From positions 1-64,000 of IMG/VR virus record IMGVR_UViG_3300028591_000164: a DNA stretch of 64,000 nucleotides. The stretch is one strand, 5' to 3'. This stretch comes from a virus (lineage: Duplodnaviria > Caudoviricetes). Made by a program: the position numbers and the translations under genes. Shown here one piece after another: positions 24,101 to 37,966 of this stretch. The first letter of the stretch is position 1. The number at the start of each line of letters is the position of its first letter. The notes under the pieces are model-generated. The model was given only the letters and a program-made list of their open reading frames with translations, was not told the DNA's origin and did not search any database.

Positions 24101-27100
24101 TGATTTATTAGGTGATGGTTTAACTAATTTCTTAACAGCAGAACTTTAGGAATATGGTGGCGTTCTAGATAATGGTATATTAACTATTTAGGAAGGAGCC
24201 AATATTTATGGTTTGGCTACTAGACTTGCACAAGTGGCATAGGCAAAAGGAGCTATTTTAGAGAATGATGTTGTTGCCCTTGGAGACGCATTATAGACTG
24301 CTGTTAGTTAGTATGTTGATGTTATTACAAAAGCATTGAGTGGCGGTTTAAAAGGTGGAGATTAGAAACAATTAATTGATTTTGCTAAAAATTTTAATAT
24401 TGAATTAGGCGCTGATGACTTTGTTGAAACGGCCAATGGAATGAAATTAACTATTGACGCTGCGATAGAATTATATAACACTTTAAAATCAATTAAAGGT
24501 ATAGATACTTCTTCCTTGTTCTCTGGTCTTAAGGATGCTATAATAAAACGAGATTAGATTACTACAATGGACGGCATTATGGCGAAAATTGCGTCTATTA
24601 ATAATCAAATAGCAGCACAAAAAGCCGCGACTGGAAGCGTTAATGCGGAACTAGAACGAGAATTAGAATTGTATAAAGAAATTGCTAATGAAGCAATGAT
24701 GAATGATCCTAATAAATATAAATTTATGGATCAAGCATTACCAGATAAATTTTAGGGTCCATTAAATTATTGGGATGCAACAGAAAAAATGATGTAGACC
24801 ATGATTTCAAGTGCTAAGAGTGGCTACATGGGCGTACAAGATTTTTATAATATTGCCACCGAAATGGAAAACCTTGCTAAATTGTCTGGTAAAACCATGA
24901 GTTTTATGGGCGTTGAAATTGGTGAAGGTGCAATGACCGCGGCTGAATTAGTAGAAAAAGGTTTTTCTAATTTAAAAGAAGTCAGTGGTAAAGGTGCTTA
25001 GATCAACCTTAAAGGATTGGCCGATATTGGATTAAATCTAGCTATGAGTTCTAAACAAATGGCCGAGGGCGTAGAAGATGGCATTCATGCTATGGCCCAA
25101 TCTCAAGTTGATATGCTTGACGGTTTAATTGGTTTACTTGAGGCAATTGTTGCTATGGAAGCTATTAGTGATGTTGACACTAATGGAGATCATACCTTAG
25201 ATGTCAGTGAAATTTTTGAGGTTGAGGGCGAAGATAAATTAAGCGAAAAAATGACTAGTTTTGCTAGCAAATTATTGGAAGATATTGAGAAAAGTGAAGA
25301 ACTAAAAAAAGAGTTTGAAGCTTTGAAGATTGGTCAATATAGTCTTTATGAAATTATTAAAGATGCTGCTAGTGGCACAAAAGGTATTAAAATGGCAACA
25401 GAAGAATATACTAATCTTTGGAATGCCTTATATCAAACCGCATTAGACCAAGATTTTGATGCTTCTGATTTAATAGGAATAGTATAGCAGCTTTATAAAA
25501 ATGGTTTAAAAGATATAGAATATACATTAAAAGATGGCCGTAAAATGGTTATAAAAAATGGTCATATTTTAGTATAGACCGAAGATAAAGAATGGGTTAC
25601 AGATGATGGTGAAAAATTTTCTAGTGCAGATGCTGCTATTGCCCATATGGTAAAATTAGAAAGTAAAAAAGAAATTGAAGATTTTAATAAAGGAAAAGAA
25701 TCTAAAGGCGTAACTATTGATGCTAATGGTGAAACCGAAATTACCATCAATGGGCAAATATATAAATTACATGTTAATACTAATGAAGATGGTTCGTTCT
25801 CTATGGATGGTGTTGAAGGTAGTTTCAAAACTCCTATAGAATTACTTAGAGCATGGGTGCGACAAACTTTTAAAGATACTAAATTTGCCAATGGATTAAC
25901 GCCAAATGATTATACTGATGAACAATTAGATATTATAATGGGATTCAAAGTAGTACCAAAAATTACAGGGACATATCAATTAGCGGAAGATTAGCGTAAA
26001 AAACTTCGTGAATTATTAAATGAAAAAGGTATAACTACTAAAGAAGGATTTATTTAGAATAAAGAAGCATTATCTTTAGAATTAGGAGTAGAACTTGATG
26101 ATGACTTATTTAGTAGTGATGAAGCTTTATAGTTGTTTGCTGGTGTTTAGGTAACTGAAGCTGATACAAGTCAATTGGAAGATGTTCATGTTTAGGGTAT
26201 TGTTGATATAATTTCTGTTGAGGGGCTGGATAAAAAAGTTAAAGAATCCGTCGCTTTGGCATTATAGAATAATGAAACTTTCGCTTAGATGGATGAGCGA
26301 ATGCGCGCAGAAGGTGCCACAGAAACATAGCGCTTATAGGCAATAGAAACACTCACAAAAGTCCCAGGACGAACTCTAACGAGAAATGATATAGAGGCTT
26401 TATAGTTAAATGGTAATAATATTCTTCCATTATTAGGAGCTTCGGGAGCGTTTAATGGTGGCTATTCAACGGAATGGTATACTAGTCGAAGTCTTGATCC
26501 AACAATTGGCATGGGATTAAAATATACTTATGATGACAGAACTAAAACTTATGGTATTTATAGAAAAGATATAGAAGCAGAAATAAGTGCTCATCAAGGC
26601 TATTATGATTAGCTTGGCGTGACAGCTGATAATTTTGTTGACTTTGTAAATTATTTTCAAGGTACACATATAGAAGATATGTTACGAACGATTCCAGGCT
26701 TTTCTACTCGTTTTTGGGGGACTCCATTATTTGATTTTGCTAAAAAAATGGGATAGTAGCAGAAAAAAGAAAAAGCTGAAAAAGAAGGCATAAGCATTGG
26801 TAATTTAGAGGAACAGAAATATGATTTTAATAAAAGGAGCGTAATATTAGCACAAACAAATGCGGCTGAACTTGCGGCAAATAACTCTGCTTAGGTTGCA
26901 ACAGATAAAATTATGAATGAATATGCATAGATTGTTGCTAAAGTCGAAAGAGAGCGTGATTTAGTACGTACAGATGCTGGCGGTAATTTTAATGGATATA
27001 CTGATGAAGATTATTAGTCTTTTTTAGACAGCATTCATGAATCTAATGCATATAAGAAGGCCCAAGAATTAGGCCATAATAGTGTAATAGAAGAGCAAGC

Positions 27101-30100
27101 TCGTCAAGCTGCATTAGCCTCTTAGACCAATAAATCTGATGAAGGTGAATATAGATATCTTCATGGGCAGTATTTAAAACAATTTACTGATGAATGGTTC
27201 GCTGGATTCCAAGAAGATTAGAATAAAAATAAACCATTAACTGATACAGAAAAAAATGCTCAATCCGCGAATACGATGTCCACTGCAGCCGCTACTTTCC
27301 AATCTGCTGTTGCATCATTTGGCGCGGCTGTTTAGTCAATGATTATTGGAACTGTAGCAAATTAGCTTAATGGTAAAGATAATGTTGACGAAATAGAGCA
27401 AATTTTAACAGCTTTTGGTATGAATACAAATCAGCAAATAGAAGCAATAAAAAATACTAATTTAATTACAAATCAAAATACTCTTGATGCTCTTAACAGA
27501 TATGAAGAAGAAAAAGCAGAAGCGGCTGGCAAAGAATTCGTAAGTACATTTTTAAATGGAAAATCAATGAATGAAGTCGGTTTGCAAACTTTAATAAGTT
27601 TATCTGAAGCACTAACAACAAAATCAGAACAAGTAAAGGATAGTGATCCTTTTTTATCTAAACATTTACTTGAATTACAAACATAGGCAGAGAGTGCAAA
27701 AGATTTAGCTTTGCGAGAAGCTCGAAGAGAAGCAAATGCTCAAATAACTTCAACAACTCATGGGCCTACTACAAATACTACAAAAGAAAAAAGATTTGAT
27801 CAAGTAAATTCGAGTTTAATAGATCATGGTTTAACTGAATCTATAATAGCTTAGAGCCAAGCCAAAAATCAATTTATAATGGCAGAAACATAGTTGATAG
27901 AATAGCTTCAATAGTCTGCGGATAAAAGAACAAAATTTGCTGAATTTTCTAAAAATTGGGGCTCTTATCTTTAGGAACCAGAAAAAATGTTTAATGATAA
28001 TATAGACTAGCAAAATAAATTTACTTAGGGTTATAATGAAATATTTAATACTAATCTTTCTTTTTCTGATGCTTTAGATTAGGCTTAGGAGCAAATAAAA
28101 GCTTTAAGTGAAACTCCAATTGAATTGACACCAGAAGCAAATCTTGCCCAAGTATTAAGTTCCTTAGAATCAGTTAAGAATATTAATGGTACTATTACTT
28201 ATACTAGTGTTATTAATAATTCTGCTAGAAATACTCAAAACATTACTCCCTAGGCCAAAGGTAATGTAGCCCTTGCTTCAGGTACTCGCACATTAATGGG
28301 CGAACTTGGCCCAGAACTTGTAGTTTCTAATGGTCAATATTTCCTTGCTGGACAAAATGGTGCAGAATTTGTTGATTTAGCAAAAGATGCAATTGTATTT
28401 AATCATATCCAGACTAAACGCTTATTATCTAATGGTTCAAGCGGACGTGGCACGCCATTAACTAATGAACGTAATGCTACTTCAATGGCAACTGGTAATG
28501 TACATGGTCCCGCTATGGCATCTGCTAGTTCTGTACTTTCTACATTAAAACAACTTCGTGCACAATGGCAAGCATTAGCTGATTTAAGTATTGCTGACCT
28601 CGCCGGTAAAGGCGGCGGAGGCGGCGGAGGAAATAAACAAATCCCTGGTTTTATCCGCGATGTTGAACGTTGGTACAATTGGTTGCAGAAGATTGCTGAT
28701 CTTGAAAAAGAAATTACTTATCAAGAACAACTTCGTAATAAAATTCAATCTGATATGATTTCTAATGGTAAAGCATATTATGCTAGTTAGAAGCAATCAT
28801 ATGAAGATATGAGACTATCTGCTATTACCAGTGAATCACTTTACTTGTCTCAAAAAGATTATTTTGAACAGCGTCGTGAATAGCTTAATAGTAAGGATTC
28901 TCCATTAAGTACTTTATATACATTTGATGAAAGCGGTCAGTTACATTTCCAAGAAGGAGCATATCAATGGTTAGCTGATTTGTTTAAGGCTGATGATTAT
29001 GGTCATTAGACATTATCTCCAAAACAACAGTATGAAATGATTTTGGCTAAGAACCCACAATTTGCTTAGTTCATGAAATATGATAGTTCTGGTAAAGAGA
29101 TTATCAGAAAAGACTATAAGAGCGATGATGAATACTATCTCGCTATGGTTAAAGCTTTCTCTGAGCGTATGGATTCGGAAAAAGAAGAAATGTAGGAATT
29201 ATTTGATTCTCTACATGAGCAAGAACAAAAAGTACTTGAATAGATGTAGGCTATGAATGAATAGCTACAGGCTATGAAAGATAATCAAAAAGAAGTTGAA
29301 GAATCAGTCTTAAAGGCTATTGAAGAATCCCGTCAACGTTAGATTGATGAGATGAAAGACACTAAGGAAGCTATTCAAAAGACTAATGAGGACTTTATTG
29401 ACGGTTTAAATAAGTCTCTTGAAAAAGAGCGTCAAATGTATGAAGATACGCAGAAAGATTAGGAATTAGAGCGTAATCGTAGATAGCTTGCAATTCTAAA
29501 ACGTTCTGGCGCGTCTGCTTCATAGATTGCTCAATTACAGGAGAAAGTTGATCAAGAGGCACGCGATTAGTACTTTGATAAGCAACAAGAGCAGATTGAT
29601 GCGGTTAAAGAAGCATCCGATTTATAGCTTGAAAAAATGGACTTACAAATCGAACTTGCACAAGAGCAACTAGATTATGAAAAAGCGCATGGATTGCTTT
29701 GGGGTCAAGTTTATGATATAATGACAAAATCACCAGCAGAAATTGCTCAGTACATAAAAGATAATACGGCTGATTTTTGGAGCTATTCTCCGCTCAATAG
29801 TTCAGAAAAAGCAAATGAGATTCTTTTCAAAGCCGAGCAATGGGCGGAATTCCGTGATGATATTGACATGCAAAAAGCTTCATTGGGCATGATTAACTAG
29901 AATTTAGACATTTTCTTGGCTGCTATGAAAGAAATTCATGGCAAAGATACTAATTGGGATAAAATTGAAGAAACTGCAAAAACAAAATATGAAGCTTTAT
30001 TTGGTGGAAATTTTGATGATCCAGGAAAAACTGCTTGGGAGGCTTATTAGAGCGCGACTGAATATGCGACTAAGCCGCCTAAAACAGAAACTACAACTAC

Positions 30101-30764
30101 TACAACAACAACTGGTACTGGTTCTGGCAGTGGTAGGACTGGCTTGGAAAATAAATGGTACTATGATAATGAAAAGCACTGGAAGCGTAATTGGCACAAT
30201 GGTAAATGGTCTAGAGCAAACGAAGGAGCACATAATTGGACAGTTTTAAATTCCAGTAGTAGACATTTAACTAGATAGTGTACAGTTTGCCATTTAAAAC
30301 GCACAGATAGCGCAAGTCCTGAACCTCAATATTCTATGCCTGAAACTTCAACATAGAAACCACCAGTTTATGACCATCAAATGTCTTAGCCAAAAATAGA
30401 AGTTGGTTATTATTCTAATGGAGGAATTAATAATTAGACTGGACCTGCAATTTTACATGGTACTCCAACAGATCCAGAAGGAATTTTAAATGCCGATGAT
30501 TATAGAGCTTGGAAAGAAGATATAAAAACAACTAACTTATTATATAACGCATTAGCTGATGTCTCAGCATTATAGCATAGCGCGGCCGCGGCGGCAAGTT
30601 CTACAACAAACAATAACAGTGGTATTGTTATTGAACATGCCGAAGTGAGCATGAATGCTACAATAGCTAATGATTACGATGCACGTCGTGCCGGTGAACA
30701 AGCATTAGAGCAAATGCTTACAATCGCTCGTAAATCTGGTACTCGTAGTGCTCAAAGGAGGTAA
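12102..30764 (+). CDS. Giant tape measure protein (~6,220 aa, TAG=Gln)
   Basis: RBS AAGGAG and ATG 12102. All 16 same-frame track fragments between 13359 and 29900 end in TAG, and I saw no TAA/TGA in the stretches translated. TMP core at ~13300-14200 (AQKYGTSIKGAYEV, TRESASNIGSAMKSI); TMP-type motifs MGELGPELVVS and GPAILHGTPTDPEGILN; stop TAA 30762-30764. Confidence 0.82.
17350..24250 (+). repeat. Three diverged tandem copies of a ~720-800-aa module within the TMP (edges approximate)
   Basis: GDQIN at 19272/21678/24072; QRI at 17631/19782/22179; LFE(W/Y)N..LNKYVY at ~18270 and ~20645; EG(V/I)GEYLI in copies 2 and 3. Confidence 0.75.
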
Positions 30765-30769
30765 AAGGA

Positions 30770-32554
30770 ATGAGAGATTATGGATATGTAAATGGGAACG
30801 TTATAGACGTTCCCAATTATTCAGATACAAAATATACGCAAGTATATATGGCAACACATAAGGGGGAAGGCGCGGCATCGCGCCTTCCCTTCATGGAGCG
30901 TTCATTTATAAGCTTTACTTTTGGTGGAAAAAGTATAGAAGATTTTAATTTAATTGCTACTATTAGCGGCGATAGGATGGAACGTTCGGGTTATTCTACT
31001 TTTGAAGATTTAACATCAGAATACGAAGTACTAGATGGCCATTTTTATTGGGGCACACATTATACTAATCATGAACTGACATTTGATTTAGCTACTGACG
31101 CGATTACATAGAATGAGTTAGATCATTTTTTACATTGGTTTCAACCAGGTAAAATTCGTGAATTAATATTATCTGAGCATCCGAATCGCGCGATTGAAGC
31201 GCGCGTTAGCGCGGCGCCAGAATTACATTTACTTCCTTTTGAAGAAAAAGTTACTAAAAAAATTGGCGATTAGGAATATAAAACTAGCACTACATTATAT
31301 AAAGGTGAAATTACTTTAACATTTGTAATGGAAGAGCCATATTGGTATTCAAAAATTAATATTTTTGGTTATTATAATAAAGATACTGGCGTTTTTCATG
31401 ATGTTTGGACAGACGCAAATGGTAAAGAAGTAAGTATTTTTAATGACCCAGATGCTATTAAAATTGCTTTGGAAGATAATATTCCTATCGCTAGTATGAT
31501 TGATGCTTCTATGTTATTGGGTGATAATACTTTTGCTGATGCAGATACAAGTAAAGATGCGATGACGGCTGATATAGAAATTGATGAAAATATAAAATAT
31601 ATAGAACTTACAGACGAAAATAATGAAACATATTATGAATTAGATTATGAAAGTATGGGTGGCACACAAGAAGCAATTGACGCATTGATTCCACCTAATT
31701 CTCGTATAGCTATTACAGAATTTGATGGCGGCGAAGAAAAATGGATTTATGGCGCGCGCCTGTCTGGTGCAGTTATGAGTGAAAGTTCCGGCATAGAAAA
31801 TTTTGCTGAAAATGAAAGCCAATATTTTTATTATGCTGGTAATGCTCCATCTCATCCTACAATTGAATTTACTTTAACTCCTACATTTGATGAAAATGGT
31901 TATATAAATAGTCCAAAGAACAGTTATGCTGAAGGAACGCCGTATAATACAATTACGTTTGAAAGTTTAACTAAGAAAGAGCTTTAGTTTACTACTCCAA
32001 GCATATATACTGGTTATAATCAAGTTATAAAAATTTTACATGATGCTCCAAGTACAACAGCGTGGGTAGATATAAGAAAACAGATTCGTAATAATGTAAA
32101 TCACGCCGCTGCGCGCGCATGGGCAAATAAGGTTATTGATAGCTTTGATACTTCAACAATAGGTGGAAATCGTTAGTATGCATTAGATCGCATGAAATAC
32201 TTTTTATTAGATCAAAATGGTAATGCACTTCCTTCGCGCTTTATTATTAATAGTAAAACTGGTCGCGCGATAGGTGAAATTAAATATCGTGTACCAGATA
32301 ATCAAGAAACAATTACAAGTGAAGGATGGGCTACTTATAAAGCTGATTCTTTAACTGTACATGAAGAAGATGTTGGAGATATGATCCGGTCCAATTACTT
32401 GATTATAGAAGATTAGAATTAGCCGCGGGATGGGAAAATTGTTGCTTGGAGCAACGTTTCGGAAAATACAAGATTGAATTCACATGTTGTGCGACACGAT
32501 GTTTCTGGCGGCTTAAAAAATGTATTTATTAAATACTAGAATATGTATCTATAA
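30770..32554 (+). CDS. Distal tail (Dit-like) protein with large insertion (594 aa, TAG=Gln)
   Basis: Follows the TMP; N-terminal SFTFGGKSIEDF...WFQPGKIRELILSEHPNR is Dit-like; one frame to TAA. Confidence 0.65.
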
Positions 32555-32575
32555 TGAGTAAAAAGGAGGAATACT

Positions 32576-35500
32576 ATGGTAAGCAAAAGAACGATTAAAA
32601 TAGATGAAGAACAAGTTGCTATCCGTAGTTATGAAGTTTCTATTTGGTCCCTTCAAGACAGTTTTATAACTGTCTTGAAGTGGGCCGAGAGAGATAATAG
32701 AGGATAGATTCAACAACCGGAAATGGTATTGGATATAGATGGTACGGAAAATTTTAAGTTTTCTATCCCAATGTATTTACATCCTGGTGAAGAAAATCCC
32801 GCGTGGCATAATACATTAAATGGTAATTTAATGATTGGAATGCGGAAGATTAAGGTTATTTTAAATAAAACATTAACAGATGAACGTGTTTTTGAGTTTT
32901 TAATTACGAAAGTAACCGAACGGCATGAAGCTGATTAGCTATTCTGTGATGTTGAGTGTGAAGGACTTGCGTTTCATGAATTGGGAAAAATTGGCTATAA
33001 GGTAGTACTTTCATAGGATGAATATGACATAGACAATAATGAGTGGTTTGAAGGCGATTAGGTTAAGGAACAGCCATTACCTACAATAGACTATTGGAAT
33101 AAAAAAACAGACTTTTTATTACCATATACCGAGAATAAAAATGATATAAAACCAAACAAATGGTATTATAAAGTAGAAATGAACTGGGCTTCATATGAAG
33201 GCGGCCAAACTCGTGATCCAGAAAAAGTATATGAAGATGAATATGTTTCTTCTTGGGAAATAGATGATTCCTCGGGCGTGTTGGTTCCAGCCGCGGTTGA
33301 AGCACTAAAAGAAAAATTGCGCATCGTTGAAATTAAAGAAAGTAATATATATAATATTACGCAGAAAATTGCCGAAGCATTCGGTGTTTTTTGTAAATAT
33401 GAATATGGTTATGACGCTAATTATCATATTATTTCACGCACAGTTGTCTATTATAATAATTTTATAGAAGAAGATAAAGGGCATATGGATTTAACATATC
33501 CATATCATACTTCTGAAATTACGCGTGAAATGGACAGCACAGAATTGGTTACTAAATTATTCGTGCGTCCAATTGATGCTGAATATGGCGGTTCTAATGA
33601 ATTAGGTATTAAGGATGTCGAAGCAAATAAAAGTCGCGAAGATTATATTTTAAATTTTGATTATTTACATAAATTTAATATTATTACTGATGAATAGTAT
33701 GCGGCAATAGCAGAATATGAATAGGCGCTACATGAGAAAAATATTGCATATTCAAAATTATATGCAGAATATATGAATTTAGAAAGCCGTATTACTGATT
33801 GTGAAGCTAAAATCGCGGTTGAAACCGCGGGACTTGAAGCCGCGAATGAACAGTGGAATACAGCATAGAGCCATATTAAGGCCTTGCCTGGGCAAGAAGA
33901 ATTAATTACTATTCCACAGAATGCCCCTAAATCTGTATTGGTATTAGAAAGTCCAAAATATGGTAAATATATTAAAATGCCCGTTAATGGCATTGCGGCT
34001 AATACTGTAAGAATATATTTTGGTGTTCTTGATTATACTAAAAAGGGGAAAGAGTTAGAAGAATCAGAGAGTGCCGTTTTGATAACCGGTGGCGTTCCAG
34101 AGTTTGATGAATATAATGATTTAGTACGTATTATAAAATTACCAGATAAAGTTACCGTTGGTGAAGTTACTTCTGAACTAAAGCCTTCTGTATGGCTTAC
34201 ATGTAAATATATGCCTGATACATATTGGACTACAGTGCGAGATGTTTGGGATAGACGTAGAATAGATATTAAAAAATAGTTAGATAAGCATTAGAGTATA
34301 TTAGAGAGTTTATAGAGCGAATTAGAAAGAAAAACCGGGCAATTGGAAGTTATAACCGAAGAAATGAAAATTATACGCCAAGATTTTAATGAAATGATGG
34401 GGCCGGCACTGCGCGAAGGCTATTGGCAATCCGATGACCATTAGGATTATGGTGATAAATATTTAGTTACATTTAGTACTTCTAATGATTATGAATAGGG
34501 AAAGTTAGCATATCATGTGCTAGACACTAACGCTTATGATAATAATGATACAATTAATTATTATATTGGCGATATTGATAGTGATGAGCAAAAACAATAT
34601 TTAATTATTAGAATTAACGCTACTAATAGTTTATTAAAAGATATTAATACGCACTATGACGAATTATATTTTGTATATAATGATGTATAGGGAGTTAATC
34701 AATATCTTGATTTAGCGGCGACTAATAATCCACTGGCTACTGAATTAGCGAATTATAAGCGTAATGCTCGACGTTTAATAAAATTGGGTGGTAGCTGTCG
34801 CTTAACTTATACTTATGTTTCAGGAGAAAGTATCCCATTCTTAGCGCTAGTTATAGAAGCAAGCAAAACCATGTCTGATGAACAGATTCAGTTTTTTATA
34901 CGTAGTGGAACTTATGCTGATTCAAAATATGCTGAATTTCAATCTAAGTTTGGTATCGTTACTTTTACACAAGAAAACGAAGTAATGACCGGAGATTTTT
35001 CAGTTGAAACATTATTTGATATTACCGCAAATTCTTATATTACTAGTGGTGCGGTAGAAGCATATAAGCGTATTATTATAGATGCTCTGACATTAAAGCC
35101 GGGTGAAAATTAGTTATAGATTAAATTAGGAAATAATTTATTGGAAGCATATAAAGACTATGATGTTTATATTGAAAAAGATAAGCGGGACAATGAAGAA
35201 GATAGGCATGATAAATATATAATTGATATTAAACCGCGCGCTTTTATTACAACAGAAATGCTTAATCCACCTATTTCAATTAAATATGAATTGTCTAACG
35301 CAGATATACTATTATATTTGGATGCTTTACAGGTGGCAAAAGAAAATTCTGAACCAAAAGTATCCTATTCAATACAATTAAGTTTATACGACCCATATAT
35401 TATTCATAATATATATGAAAAAATGGCAAAAATTGTACATATTAATGACATACAATTAAAGTTTGAAAACGTATAGGGTTATATTTCACATATAGAAATG

Positions 35501-37966
35501 AATCTCGATAAGCCTTGGGAAGACAGTATCGAGATTAAAAATTATAAAACTAAGTTTGAAGATTTGTTTAGTAATATTGTGGCACAAACTGACGCAATGT
35601 AGAAAAAGAGCCATGGATACGATGTCGCGGCTTTAGCTTTTGGTGAAGATGGGAATCTAACTTCTGAAGCGGTTATAAAAATGTTAGATGCGAACGCGCC
35701 ATTATTTAATACATATATAGATGAACATTTAACAGATAATATCATTATTAAAAACACTTTAACTAGTATTTTTAATGAAGCTGGTTCTATTTTAAATAGC
35801 GCGGGCAATGCATTAGCCGATATGCGCGCAATTACTGGAACAAACGCAAGCATATTGTCTGATTTTGCGAAGAGCGCCGAAGAAGGCTTTGGCCGCGGAA
35901 TTGATTTAATCTCTTCTGTGGATGGATAGTATACCTCCGCAGTACAAATTAATAATCGCGGCATTTTTATTGGCTCTGATTAGTAGATTTCTTTATACTC
36001 TGGCGTAATTGGAGACAGTAGCGGCACATCTATTGATTTAAATCCGAAGAGATTAATTTTAGGCGTTTCTTCTGATTCTAATGGCACCGCCGCGAAATTT
36101 ACAGAAAAGTATTTGGTACTTGCAGCGGGAGATATTATCGCCGCGAATGAAGCATCAACAAATAATGAAGATAAAGTGAATGTTGGTGTAACCGGCACAA
36201 TTAATGGTTTAGTTGGTGCAAAGTTCACTAAAGATTCTATTGGTTTTGCTACTTATGACAATAGTACAATTAATGCTATTTTAATGAATAATAAAGGTAT
36301 TACTTTAGGAAGCGGCGTCATTGACCCCGTTGATGCGGAGAATAGGAGAATAGGTATTGACCTTAATAGTAATACTTAGACTCTTCGTAATAATAATAAT
36401 ACTGTTACTGGTGCATCATACGTTCGCATTTCTGGTGCCGGCATTGACATTGGTTCTGGTGGAGAGCTATATGTTAGTACAAATAATTTTGTTGTTAATT
36501 CTAATGCTGGTATAGGTGAAGATATTTTTGTATTAAAGAAAGCGGATGGCAACGGCGGCTATGAAAAGGCGCTAACTTATAATATTTAGGACGGCTTAAC
36601 TATTAACGGTCGAATTTCTGCGCAAAGTATGGTTATTGGTGATTCCACCGCGGGAAATCAATCACTTAGTAGTTGGGTTAATGCAAAAGTAACACCAGAG
36701 GCTATTTGGCTGGGTGTAGTTAAACATACGACTGGTAATAATAATGCTACTATTGGAAGTGGGACTAGTTTATCTATTACTGATGATAGTTTTTCAATTG
36801 CTAGTACCGGAACTCTTAGTGTAGATACTTCTAATGTCATTATTAATACCGCGGCGACAGAAAATAATGCTATTTTTAGAATAGGCGGGACTGGTGAAAA
36901 CTATAAACTTTTATATAGTGAAAATGCTGGTTTGAAAATAAAAGGCGAGATAGCGGCGACCGCTGGTAATTTAGGTGGCTGGATATTAGGTGAACATAAG
37001 TTATATAGTGGCTCAGGAACAAATTATGTTGCTTTAGATAGCGGGACTTCCAATGAAGGTTATGCTCTATGGGCAGGAAATGGTACATCAAGCTCCGCTC
37101 CATTTGCTGTTACACGAGATGGAAAAGTATATTTAAATTCATTAATGGTTTTAGATACTTGGGATGGAAGTAAATGGGAAATTACTTAGACCAGTACCCA
37201 AAATGATGGAAAACATGATGCTAATGGATTTACCCCCATTAATTTTTCTCGTTTAAATTTTAAGACAGCCATGACTATTACCCTTGGAGTCGATGGCGAG
37301 AATATCGTAGCAAGGGGACGTTTATGGAATACTTGGGAGTCGGAATCAACTTCTAAAAGTATATCACTTAGTGCTGGTGCTCTTGGCGGAACCGTAAACG
37401 CGGGTTCTAATTGGGATGCTCAAGGGAGTGCCACTGTTTGGATAAATGTAGCAGTAGGAGGTTCAGCTGGGCCTACCTATCAAGTAACATGCCCGGTTAA
37501 TGTTTATAATGCAACATCATGGGGCTGGGAAAGAGCTTATAATATTGTATAGGGGGCCTCAGTTAACGTAAATAGTAAAAAAGTTACAGGTCTACCAGGT
37601 TAGGCTCCTGGCACCAGTTCTACGTCAATTGATGTTAGCGATATATATGATGCTGGTTATCAAGATGGAAAGCCTAATACTATTGAATTAGTAACTACAT
37701 CTGGTTCTAATGCGGTAATAAGAGCAACTTCTACAGATGGGAATAATTCATTAAGTTCTACACTATCTATGTCTGATATTTATAATGCTGGTTGGAATGC
37801 TGCTTTAGACGCATGTACTGGTGAAGAAGTTTTGGTCAATTATAGTAATGTCGGTAATTATACTTTATATAAAGGTAATTATCCTTCAGCTCCTTCTGCT
37901 GGTACTGGATATTGGCGTTTAGGTGGTTCCACAACAACACGATATAGTTTACCTGATAGGAAATAA
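32576..37966 (+). CDS. Tail-tip / Tal-like baseplate hub with C-terminal beta-rich receptor-binding region (1,796 aa, TAG=Gln)
   Basis: RBS AAGGAGG; ten same-frame track fragments joined by TAGs, ending TAA; follows Dit; Gly/Ser/Thr-rich C-terminus. Confidence 0.7.

Noticed and set aside
29938-30249. Alternative-frame ORF inside the TMP suggesting a frameshift
   Set aside because: The main TMP frame continues cleanly through this region with TAG=Gln to its conserved C-terminal motif.
12102-37966. Pseudogene or decayed-prophage reading of the fragmented ORFs
   Set aside because: Breaks are exclusively TAG in a single frame, with no frameshifts and no TAA/TGA seen; recoding explains them.
37560-37966. 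DGR variable region at the Tal C-terminus
   Set aside because: No reverse transcriptase and no adenine-differing template repeat seen in the window; it cannot be excluded elsewhere in the genome.
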